Source of the DNA: an uncultured archaeon
Lineage (GTDB): Archaea; Iainarchaeota; Iainarchaeia; Iainarchaeales; VGJJ01
Direction of reading: 5' to 3'
NCBI GenBank assembly: GCA_964480125.1
Contig: CAYZNV010000006.1
Span: 1-54,171 of the forward strand
DNA: 54,171 bases
In this document: positions 45,031 through 54,171 of the stretch, in pieces
Numbering within the stretch: position 1 is the stretch's first letter
How the letters are laid out: every line of letters begins with the position of its first letter
Program-made: the position numbers and the translations under genes
The notes under the pieces: generated by a model
Database searches by the model: none
Seen by the model: the letters and a program-made list of their open reading frames with translations, nothing else
What the model was told of the DNA's origin: nothing

Positions 45031-45092
45031 GGCTGTAAGAAAAATTTTGCCTTTTTAATGCTAGCTATTTTCTACGCCTAAACGAACCCCAA

Positions 45093-45356
45093 ATGAGCCA
45101 TTTGGAGGCAAATGGGGGATTTTTAACCTTCAATCCTGCCTTAGAGAGTATGGAACGTATCTTCAAGGGAGTAATCGTGCTGGGGATGGTATTCATCCTT
45201 TTCTGGGCGCTCAATGCCCCATCTCATTGGATGGGGATTATCCTCTTGTTGGGAATTATCTTCTATGCGCTGTTCGCGAACCCACTTGGAAAACCCCACA
45301 TTGAAGCGGCAGCCGCAAAAAAAAGAAAAAAGAAATCGTCTCGCGCCAAGCGATGA
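45093..45356 (+). CDS. Small two-TM membrane protein with polybasic tail
   Basis: 87-aa ORF (alternative start 45150) with two hydrophobic helices and the tail AAAAKKRKKKSSRAKR. Confidence 0.5.
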   Translation: MSHLEANGGFLTFNPALESMERIFKGVIVLGMVFILFWALNAPSHWMGIILLLGIIFYALFANPLGKPHIEAAAAKKRKKKSSRAKR

Positions 45357-45383
45357 GTGCGCATGCACTAATTTCCGTCAGCA

Positions 45384-46223
45384 CTAAATGAAACCTGGAT
45401 TGCGTGCGCGAATGGGTTTTCCGGTTGAAGCGGGTGTTTTTTCTTCGGCTTCGGAACTCACAACCGTCTTTGATTCTTTTGCAATCGTTTTTACTTTCGC
45501 TATCGGCTTTGCCTTCGCCGTTGCACTTTTGGTTGGTGCGGTAGGGGTTGTTTCTTTTGCACTTGCTGTTTTGTCTTCTGTTTTTTTCTGAGACGCTTCA
45601 GCTTTAGGCTTTGCAGTGATCGTAGTAGTAGGAGCTGCTTCTACTTTTTGCACCGCTTCAACGATTGGCGCTTTCGCCTTTGTGGTTTTTTTCTTTACTT
45701 TTTTGATTGCCGGCTTTGCAACGACTATTTTTGCAACGGGCTTGCGAGTGACTTCCTTCACTGCGGGAGTGGGCTGCACCACCACTGATTCGGTTTTGAT
45801 ATTCGCCACGGGTTGTGCCGCAACCAATGGGGTAACCTCAACTGGTTTTACTGATGCCAATTTTTCTTTCTTCACACGCGCTTTGCGCTTTTTCTTTGCG
45901 ACAACGATGGCGCGCTTGAATGCTTTTACTTTGGCCACCTTTTGTTTCATGGCAGGTGTTTCTTTCACGGCCGCAGCGGCAACAATTTCAATTGCATCAG
46001 GTGTAAGGGCAGGAGCAGCGGTTGTTTCGGCAACAACGACAGTGCTCGTGGGTGTAGTCGTGTGCGCGTGCACTTTGTGAATGGTCCGCGTACCCATGAT
46101 GAACTTGCGCACGAGTGCGAGAAAGATGATGGTTCCGACGACAATTCCCCACTTCAACAAAGAAATGCCGAAAAAAGTCGTGGCGAATGTCCATGTAAGT
46201 GGGTTCCAGTCCATGAGTATCAC
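45384..46223 (-). CDS. Membrane-anchored low-complexity Lys/Ala/Thr/Val/Pro-rich protein
   Basis: N-terminal TM region (WGIVVGTIIFLALV), then about 220 aa of AKP/KKV-type low-complexity sequence. Confidence 0.6.
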   Translation of the reverse strand: MILMDWNPLTWTFATTFFGISLLKWGIVVGTIIFLALVRKFIMGTRTIHKVHAHTTTPTSTVVVAETTAAPALTPDAIEIVAAAAVKETPAMKQKVAKVKAFKRAIVVAKKKRKARVKKEKLASVKPVEVTPLVAAQPVANIKTESVVVQPTPAVKEVTRKPVAKIVVAKPAIKKVKKKTTKAKAPIVEAVQKVEAAPTTTITAKPKAEASQKKTEDKTASAKETTPTAPTKSATAKAKPIAKVKTIAKESKTVVSSEAEEKTPASTGKPIRARNPGFI

Positions 46224-46284
46224 GCGTAATGCCTATTTCCCCAACAAAAAACCCTAAAAAGGGGAATAGTGTAATTCCCAGCAT

Positions 46285-46566
46285 ATGGCTTTCCGCGCAG
46301 AAAAATCACCCCTCCATCCAGGAATCTATGTGCTGATAGGCATTGTGCTTGCCAGCGTCCTTTCCGTCTTCAGTGCGGGCACGTTATCCTTTCCCTTACT
46401 CATCATCGGCGTTTTAGGCCTGATTGTGATGCTCGCATTATGGTATTTCCGCGAGGGGGATGTCCCCATCGGAGAAAAGAAGCGCCACCACCACTCTTTG
46501 GACCACGTTTCTTCGGCTTTGAGGGAAAACGCATGGGATGCTCCCCTTGATTTCAAGCGAAAATAG
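46285..46566 (+). CDS. Small two-TM membrane protein
   Basis: 93-aa ORF with two hydrophobic helices and a charged C-terminus containing an HHH run. Confidence 0.5.
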   Translation: MAFRAEKSPLHPGIYVLIGIVLASVLSVFSAGTLSFPLLIIGVLGLIVMLALWYFREGDVPIGEKKRHHHSLDHVSSALRENAWDAPLDFKRK

Positions 46567-46791
46567 GGGATTTTTCTCTCAAGATAGGCCATTTCGGCAT
46601 TTTGTTCACTGATTCCCGCGAGCGAAGCGGCTTCTTTATAAGTGTTTCTTGCGCTTTTTCTCTTATCCGTTGAGGAAATGGGTTTTGGGTCGCGCGCGAG
46701 CAAGGGAAAACAATTTTTTACGTGTTTACAAGTCCGTCCAGAGACGGCTCCCCATGCGACAGAAATCCGCAACACAGGCAGGTCGAGTCGC

Positions 46792-47022
46792 ATGCTGAAA
46801 GCATTATCGGAACACCACTTAGTACCCCAACACGAATTATTGAAAAAAGACGAAGCAAAGAACTTGCTCGCACAGTTTGGTTTGGACATCGACAAACTCC
46901 CTCGCATTTCTCTTGAAGATCCCATGTGCACGGAATTGAAAGCCGGCATTGGGGATGTCATTCGCATTGTTCGAAGATCTCCCGTTGCAGGAGACACAAT
47001 CTACTACCGGAGAGTGGTGTAA
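46792..47022 (+). CDS. rpoH: DNA-directed RNA polymerase subunit H (Rpo5)
   Basis: 76 aa: HHLVPQHELLKKDEAKNLLAQFGLDIDKLPRISLEDPMC...GDVIRIVRRSPVAGDTIYYRRVV. The real start is the internal ATG of track ORF 46642-47022. Confidence 0.9.
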   Translation: MLKALSEHHLVPQHELLKKDEAKNLLAQFGLDIDKLPRISLEDPMCTELKAGIGDVIRIVRRSPVAGDTIYYRRVV

Positions 47023-48498
47023 ATGGCTTTGATGCGCGACACAGATGTACTGCTCGAAAATTGGTTCAAGCACAAAAACTTTGCACAAATGGAAATCGAC
47101 TCCTACAATCAGTTTGTGGACAAGCACTTGCAATCCATTGTGAACGAAAACAAATCCATCGTCCCAAAAATCGAAGAAGTCCGCATTGAATTGGAAGACA
47201 TTGAAGTTCTCAAACCCCGCATCGTGGAAGCAGATGGTTCTCCGCGAAATGAATTTTTCCCCATGGAAGCGCGCATCCGAAACAGAACCTATTCCTCTCC
47301 ATTATTTTTGACTATGAGATTGCTGCGCCGCGATGTCGAACAAGATGTGAAGAAAACCTACATTGGTGAATTGCCCACCATGCTCAAATCAAAACTCTGC
47401 CACTTGCAGGGAAAGACCGACGACGAACTCATCGCCGTGGGTGAAGACCCCATGGACTTTGGCGGTTACTTCGTCATCAACGGAAGCGAAAAAGCACTCA
47501 CCTCGCAAGAAGTCCTTTCCTCCGATAGAATTTTGGTTAATGAAAGCGCTTCGGACAAAATCAACGCAGAAGTTATTTCCACAAAAGGTGCATTCAAAGG
47601 ACGCGTCCGCGTTACGCGCAGCAAAGATGGAATGCTTTCGGTTTCATTCCCTGCTTCTCCAAGAAAACTCCGATTGTTCGGATTGTTGATGGCATTGGGA
47701 TTGAAGAACGAAAAAGAAATGCGCGGAGCATTTCCTGAGATTGCGGACATAATGAACGATGTCATGATTAACTTGGAAGCCAACGACGTCAAAGACGAAG
47801 AAGAAGCATTAGACCGAATCGGTAAATACGTTGCGCCCGGACAAGTCATTGATTACCGCTTGCGCCGCGCACAAGAAGTCATCGACGCGTTTTTGTTGCC
47901 TCACATCGGAACGACGAAAGAAGATCGCCGCGCCAAAGCATACTATCTCGCAACAATGGCCACGCGCGCCATGGAAAAAGCCTACAACTTGCGCAGCATG
48001 GATGACCGCGATCACTACGCAAACAAGCGATTGGAACTTTCAGGGAAACTAATGGAACACTTGTTCCGCCACTCCTTCAAGTACTTCATCAAAGACTTGA
48101 CATTCCAGATTGACCGCACCGTTACACGCCGCAGAAAGTTGAACATCTCTACCGTTGTTCGACCCGGCGCTTTGAGCGAACGCATCAAATTCGGAATGAG
48201 CACGGGAAATTGGATCGGAAGAAGCACAGGCGTATCGCGCTTCATGGACCGTGTGAATTACTTGGGTCCTTTGACCGAATTCAGAAAAGTCAAATCCCCA
48301 TTGAACAAAATGCGCGAATTGTATGAAGCGCGTGACGTCCACGGAACCCACTGGGGCAGACTCTGCTGTATCGAAACCCCTGACGGACCCCAATGTGGAT
48401 TAGTGAAGAACTTGGGATTATTCGCCGAAGTCACTCTTGACTCAGATCCAGAACCCGTTGAGAAATTATTGAAGAGCATGGATGTGCACTTGAAGTAA
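47023..48498 (+). CDS. rpoB2: DNA-directed RNA polymerase subunit B'' (N-terminal half of split Rpo2)
   Basis: 491 aa with conserved GYFVINGSEK and the ETPDGPQCGLVKNL region. It starts immediately after the rpoH stop. Confidence 0.93.
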   Translation: MALMRDTDVLLENWFKHKNFAQMEIDSYNQFVDKHLQSIVNENKSIVPKIEEVRIELEDIEVLKPRIVEADGSPRNEFFPMEARIRNRTYSSPLFLTMRLLRRDVEQDVKKTYIGELPTMLKSKLCHLQGKTDDELIAVGEDPMDFGGYFVINGSEKALTSQEVLSSDRILVNESASDKINAEVISTKGAFKGRVRVTRSKDGMLSVSFPASPRKLRLFGLLMALGLKNEKEMRGAFPEIADIMNDVMINLEANDVKDEEEALDRIGKYVAPGQVIDYRLRRAQEVIDAFLLPHIGTTKEDRRAKAYYLATMATRAMEKAYNLRSMDDRDHYANKRLELSGKLMEHLFRHSFKYFIKDLTFQIDRTVTRRRKLNISTVVRPGALSERIKFGMSTGNWIGRSTGVSRFMDRVNYLGPLTEFRKVKSPLNKMRELYEARDVHGTHWGRLCCIETPDGPQCGLVKNLGLFAEVTLDSDPEPVEKLLKSMDVHLK

Positions 48499-50330
48499 TG
48501 GAGGGAAAACCTATGGCTGCAATCGAAGGAAAGGTATTTGTTAACGGAAAGCTCATCGGATTCCACTCCGACCTCCTCAAGCTGCGCAAAGAACTCGTCT
48601 CCAAGCGCCGCCAGGGAAAAATTGAAGCACAAACCAACATTGCATTGCACGAGGACATCCGCGAACTCTATCTCAACACCGACGGCGGACGCGTGCAGCG
48701 CCCCCTCATTGTAGTGGAAAGCGGAAAGCCCCGCATTACGAAAGATACGATCAAGGCCGTGCGCGATGGAAAACTCACTTGGAATGACTTGATCAACCAA
48801 GGCTACATCGAATACCTCGACGCGGAAGAAGAAGAAAACGCCCACATCGCCTTGCGCGAAGAAGACGTCACAGACAAGACCACTCATATGGAAGTCAACT
48901 CTCTCGGAATTTTTTCCATCATCACGAGTATGATTCCCTTTGCGGAACACAATTTGTCCGGAAGAACCCTGCACGGAGCAAAAATGTTCAAGCAGGCCCA
49001 AGGATTGACGGCCATCAACTACAACTTGCGCACCGACACGGAAAGCTACATGTTGTACTACCCCCAACGCGAAATCGTGCGAACCAAATCATTGGATTAC
49101 TTGAAAACAGATTCAAGACCGATGATCCAGAACTTTGTCGTGGCGATTATGCCCTACATGGGATTCAATACGCTCGATGCCGTTGTCTTGAACGGCGGCG
49201 CGGTGCAACGCGGACTCGGACGATCTGCTTACTTCCGCAATTATGAAAGCGAAGAGACCCGCTACCCCGGTGGACAAGTGGACAAATTTGAAATTCCCGC
49301 TGAGGAAGTCGTCGGACACATGGGTGAAGCCGCCTACAAGAAACTCGGAAGCGACGGACTCGCGGAATTAGAGGAATGGGTCGAAGACAAGGATTCCATC
49401 ATCGGAAAGACCTCTCCTCCTCGCTTTTTGGAAGAAATCACGGACTTTGGTGTGATCCAAGAAAAGCGCAGAGAAGCCTCTTTGGGTCCCCGCAAAGGAA
49501 AGCCCGGGTACATCGACAAAGTTTTACTAACAGAAGGAATGTCCGGTGCACGCATTGCCAAAGTCAAAGTACGCAGCTGTATGGTTCCCGAAGCCGGAGA
49601 CAAATACGCCTCCAAGCACGGACAAAAAGGAGTCATTGGCGCGGTTGTTCCCGAAGAAGACATGCCTTTTACCCAAGAAGGAGTTAAGCCCGACCTAATC
49701 ATGAACCCTCACGCTGTCCCTACACGTATGACCATTGGACACATGTTGGAAATGCTCACTGGAAAAGCCGCCTCCCTCGCCGGAGTCACGGCCGATGGCA
49801 CTCCATTCAATGAGGACCCCGTCGACATGTACCGACAAATCCTCAAAGCCTATGGATTCCGCCCCGATGGAAAAGAAGCATTCTATGATGGAATGACCGG
49901 AAAGAAAATCGAGGGAGAAATCTACACCGGCGTCATTGCATATCGTCGCTTGTTCCACATGGTCTCGCACAAGCAACAGGCTCGTTCCCGCGGACCCGTC
50001 CAAATCCTTACACGCCAGCCTACTGAAGGAAAGGAAAAAGATGGTGGACTGCGCTTCGGTGAAATGGAAACCGAAACACTTGTCGGACACGGAGCTGCAA
50101 TGTTGTTGCAAGAGAAACTCATTGAAGACTCCGACAAAGTTGTTGAGTTGGTCTGTGAGAAATGCGGCTTGATTGCAGTCAATGATCAGATCCGCAAGAA
50201 ACGCTACTGCCCCAATTGTGAGACCTCACAAGTGTATCCGGTGCAGATGAGCTACGGATTCAAGTTGCTGTTAGACGAACTCAAGGCCTTGGGAATCTAT
50301 CCCAAGTTGACCTTGGCGGACAAGGCGTAG
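48498..50330 (+). CDS. rpoB1: DNA-directed RNA polymerase subunit B' (C-terminal half of split Rpo2)
   Basis: 610 aa with GDKYASKHGQKGV, MNPHAVPTRMTIGH, GGLRFGEME, and a C-terminal Zn ribbon CEKCG...CPNC. The start overlaps the B'' stop (TAATG). Confidence 0.93.
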   Translation: MEGKPMAAIEGKVFVNGKLIGFHSDLLKLRKELVSKRRQGKIEAQTNIALHEDIRELYLNTDGGRVQRPLIVVESGKPRITKDTIKAVRDGKLTWNDLINQGYIEYLDAEEEENAHIALREEDVTDKTTHMEVNSLGIFSIITSMIPFAEHNLSGRTLHGAKMFKQAQGLTAINYNLRTDTESYMLYYPQREIVRTKSLDYLKTDSRPMIQNFVVAIMPYMGFNTLDAVVLNGGAVQRGLGRSAYFRNYESEETRYPGGQVDKFEIPAEEVVGHMGEAAYKKLGSDGLAELEEWVEDKDSIIGKTSPPRFLEEITDFGVIQEKRREASLGPRKGKPGYIDKVLLTEGMSGARIAKVKVRSCMVPEAGDKYASKHGQKGVIGAVVPEEDMPFTQEGVKPDLIMNPHAVPTRMTIGHMLEMLTGKAASLAGVTADGTPFNEDPVDMYRQILKAYGFRPDGKEAFYDGMTGKKIEGEIYTGVIAYRRLFHMVSHKQQARSRGPVQILTRQPTEGKEKDGGLRFGEMETETLVGHGAAMLLQEKLIEDSDKVVELVCEKCGLIAVNDQIRKKRYCPNCETSQVYPVQMSYGFKLLLDELKALGIYPKLTLADKA

Positions 50331-50341
50331 GGGGAAAAACT

Positions 50342-52951
50342 ATGTTGATGAAACGACTCGAAGGCATTGAATTCTCCGTCCTGTCTCCGGAGCAAATCCG
50401 CAAGATGGCGGCAATCGAAATCAAGACACCTGATACCTACGATAAAGACGGCTTCCCCATGGAAGGCGGACTCATGGACCCCCACATGGGAGTCATCAAT
50501 CCCTCGCTGAGATGTAAGACCTGCGGACAAAAAATGAAACAATGCCCCGGTCACTTCGGTAGCTTGGAATTGATTCGACCCGTGATCCATGCAAAATTCT
50601 CCCACAAATTAGAAGAACTATTGCACGGAACCTGCCGCGAATGCGGACGCATTGCGTTGAAGGACGAACAGATCGCCGAAATGAAAACCCAAATCGCGCG
50701 ATTGAGCAAGGATGACGCCATCAAGCTCATCGTCAAGAAAACAAAAACCAAAAGAAAATGCCCTCATTGTGAAGCCGAGCGAAAGGAAGTCTTGTTGGAT
50801 AAGCCAACCAACTTCTTCATCGACAAAGATCGTCTCTATCCATCGCAAATCCGCGAATGGGTCGAAAAAATCCCAGAGAAGGATTTGGAATTGTTCGGCT
50901 ACGATTTGGCTCGCGTTCGCCCCGAATGGTTTGTGATGACTGCACTGCAAGTGCCCCCCATTACGATTCGCCCCTCTATCACCTTGGAAAGCGGAATCAA
51001 GTCCGAAGATGATCTCACGCACAAGCTCGTGGATATTATTCGTATTAACTTGCGCTTGAAAGACAACATCGACGCAGGTGCACCCCAACTCATTATCGAA
51101 GACTTGTGGGATTTGTTGCAGTACCACGTTACTACGTACTACGACAACAACACCGCCGGTGTGCCCCCTGCCAAGCACCGCTCCGGAAGACCGCTGCGCA
51201 CCCTTGCCCAGCGCTTGAAAGGAAAGAAAGGACGCTTCCGCTACAATTTGACCGGAAAGCGTGTCAATTATGCTGCAAGAAGCACCATTATTCCCGATCC
51301 ATTCCTGAGTATTAACGAAGTCGGCGTCCCTGAAGGAATTGCCAACACGCTCACCATTCCAGAATTCGTGACCGAAGGGAATTTGGAAGAAATGAAGAAA
51401 CTCATCAAGAAAGGCGGAGAAGACGTCGTGTACGTGACGAAGCCCAACGGATTGCGTAAGAAAATCTCCGACTTGAACCGCAAGGAAGTCGTAGAAGAAC
51501 TCGAAATCGGAAGCAAAGTAGAGCGAACGCTAAAGAATGGAGACATTGTCCTGTTCAATCGTCAGCCTTCCCTGCACCGCGTCTCGATGCTCGCGCACAA
51601 TGTGAAAATCGTTCCCGGAAAAGCACTGCGCTTGAACCCAATGGTCTGTAAGCCCTACAACGCGGACTTCGACGGAGACGAAATGAACCTTCATGTGCCC
51701 CAAACCCAAGAAGGACAGACGGAAGCACGCGAACTCATGTTCGTGCAAAACCAGATTCTTTCCCCTCGCCACGGCGAACCCATTATTGTGGGACAAGAAG
51801 ATGACATGACGGGCCTGTTCCTCTTGACGATGGACCAGACTGAGTTCACGAAAGAAGAGGCTATGCACTTGCTCTACAACATGGGCGTGACCGATTTGCC
51901 TGAGGCCGATCGTGGAAAGAATTATTCGGGAAGACTCCTCTTCTCTCAAGCCCTTCCAAAGGGACTCAACGCAGAATACACGAACAATACTGCTCGTGTG
52001 TTGCGCCAGAATGACATTCCAAAGGATGGGAATGAACACCTCTACAAGCACGCGCTCGTGAAGATCGAAGACGGTAATGTGGTGAGCGGAATTGTTGACT
52101 CAACACCCAAGCTCGTTGAGACCATCGTGCGAAATTATTCCCCCGAGACGCTGGAACGCTATTATTATGCCATGTCTCACGTTGTGCACGAATTAATGAC
52201 CATGAAGGGAGTCACAATTGGAGTTGAAGAATTCAATCCCGTCGCGCACATCGAAGCCGAACGCGAAAAAGCAATCGCGGAAGAACTCAAAGAAGGAACT
52301 GAGCTCGCAGAGAAATACGCTGCCGGCAAGCTCGAGCCCATCCCCGGAAGAAGCGTGGATGAGAGCTTTGAGTTGTTGATGGTCCGCCTCGGTGGAAAGG
52401 TCAGAGGAAAAGTACAAGCACGCCTCGCAGAACAAAAACTGCGCCACTTGTATGAGAATCCACGCCCCACGTTGGATTCCGCATTGCTGATGGTTTCTGG
52501 TGGACGCGGAAGCATGCTGAACTTCTCCTACATGTCCGGTGTATTCGGACAGATTTCCGTGCGCTCCGGAAGACCCAAGAAAGGATTCTCCGAACGCTTG
52601 ATCGCATTGAACGAGCGAAAGGATTTGGGACCCGAAGCCGGAGGATTTGTGCGCAGCAACTTCTATCGCGGAATGGACCCCAAGGAATACTTCATGCACT
52701 CCATGGGAGGACGACAAGGAGAAGTGGACACGGGTGTTGCCACGAAGGTGTCCGGATACCTCTACCGTCGACTAGCGAATTCATTGAAGGACTTACACGT
52801 CGCCAACGATGAAACCGTCCGCACGGCCAGCAAGGACATTGTGCAATTCCGCTACGGTGAAGATGGAATCTTCCCCGCCCGCACGACCGGAGGGGCATTG
52901 GCCAACTTCAAAGAAGAAATCCGAAAACTCAAGAAAGGGAAGGCGAAATAA
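50342..52951 (+). CDS. rpoA1: DNA-directed RNA polymerase subunit A' (Rpo1N)
   Basis: 869 aa with Zn motif CKTCGQKMKQCPGHFG, catalytic NADFDGDEMN, and RQPSLHRVSM. Confidence 0.95.
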   Translation: MLMKRLEGIEFSVLSPEQIRKMAAIEIKTPDTYDKDGFPMEGGLMDPHMGVINPSLRCKTCGQKMKQCPGHFGSLELIRPVIHAKFSHKLEELLHGTCRECGRIALKDEQIAEMKTQIARLSKDDAIKLIVKKTKTKRKCPHCEAERKEVLLDKPTNFFIDKDRLYPSQIREWVEKIPEKDLELFGYDLARVRPEWFVMTALQVPPITIRPSITLESGIKSEDDLTHKLVDIIRINLRLKDNIDAGAPQLIIEDLWDLLQYHVTTYYDNNTAGVPPAKHRSGRPLRTLAQRLKGKKGRFRYNLTGKRVNYAARSTIIPDPFLSINEVGVPEGIANTLTIPEFVTEGNLEEMKKLIKKGGEDVVYVTKPNGLRKKISDLNRKEVVEELEIGSKVERTLKNGDIVLFNRQPSLHRVSMLAHNVKIVPGKALRLNPMVCKPYNADFDGDEMNLHVPQTQEGQTEARELMFVQNQILSPRHGEPIIVGQEDDMTGLFLLTMDQTEFTKEEAMHLLYNMGVTDLPEADRGKNYSGRLLFSQALPKGLNAEYTNNTARVLRQNDIPKDGNEHLYKHALVKIEDGNVVSGIVDSTPKLVETIVRNYSPETLERYYYAMSHVVHELMTMKGVTIGVEEFNPVAHIEAEREKAIAEELKEGTELAEKYAAGKLEPIPGRSVDESFELLMVRLGGKVRGKVQARLAEQKLRHLYENPRPTLDSALLMVSGGRGSMLNFSYMSGVFGQISVRSGRPKKGFSERLIALNERKDLGPEAGGFVRSNFYRGMDPKEYFMHSMGGRQGEVDTGVATKVSGYLYRRLANSLKDLHVANDETVRTASKDIVQFRYGEDGIFPARTTGGALANFKEEIRKLKKGKAK

Positions 52952-54171
<1,220 letters not shown>

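Noticed and set aside
46326-46997. 223-aa minus-strand ORF, and the 50-aa upstream extension of rpoH (track ORF 46642-47022)
   Set aside because: The minus ORF is antisense to rpoH and to the small membrane gene and has Ser/Arg-rich composition. RpoH family proteins are about 75-85 aa, and the conserved sequence begins at the internal ATG 46792.
48258-49067. 269-aa minus-strand ORF, with several other long antisense ORFs (e.g. 28100-28852, 50618-51178, 51530-52051, 52193-52717, 27055-27525, 39705-40235)
   Set aside because: They lie entirely antisense to strongly supported conserved genes (rpoB', GT2, rpoA', GGR). Their translations are low-complexity or unbalanced in composition with no recognisable motifs. 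They are typical shadow ORFs.

Overview
This is an archaeal chromosomal segment. Evidence: PolD DP1/DP2, Orc1/Cdc6, Hel308, NAC, proteasome beta, aCPSF1, and an rpoH-rpoB''-rpoB'-rpoA'-rpoA'' operon with split B and A subunits. It is densely coded, about mid-40s % GC by eye, with many 1-4 nt start/stop overlaps. Gene content and the many small, basic-tailed membrane proteins suggest a small-genome (DPANN-like or euryarchaeal-like) lineage, but that is inference.

Layout:
- 1-9.2 kb: replication and division block (polD, sepF, cdc6, hel308).
- 9.3-22.8 kb: housekeeping mix (ThyA-like fusion, NAC, FKBP, psmB, aCPSF1, Fap7-like kinase, YrdC, TRAM, Nudix).
- 22.9-26.8 kb: envelope and accessory genes (PrcB-domain lipoprotein with 4 internal repeats, RadC-like, DsbA-like).
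- 26.9-33.7 kb: lipid/glycan modification cluster containing a carbamoyltransferase-SxtJ-DUF5989 trio.
- 33.8-37.7 kb: translationally coupled sdhA-sdhB-fumC with no membrane-anchor genes.
- 39.7-45.0 kb: carotenoid cluster (GGR-like, crtB, crtI, split lycopene cyclase, GT2).
- 46.8 kb to the end: RNA polymerase operon.

I recognised no rRNA, tRNA, CRISPR array, transposase or integrase.

Observations most worth a second look:
1. A conserved about 65-nt double-hairpin intergenic element, five copies, with compensatory stem changes, mostly abutting stop codons.
2. An SdhB that keeps the 2Fe-2S and 4Fe-4S cysteines but lacks exactly the three 3Fe-4S ligands, with no sdhCD nearby.
3. The head-to-head carbamoyltransferase/SxtJ versus DUF5989/SGNH arrangement.
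4. A 640-bp non-coding stretch at 17.54-18.18 kb holding an AT-rich block with an ORB-like dyad, followed by a GC-rich, promoter- and terminator-flanked structured segment.
5. A sharp 69% to 44% GC break at about nt 150, in frame with a truncated DP1 gene (possible chimeric junction).
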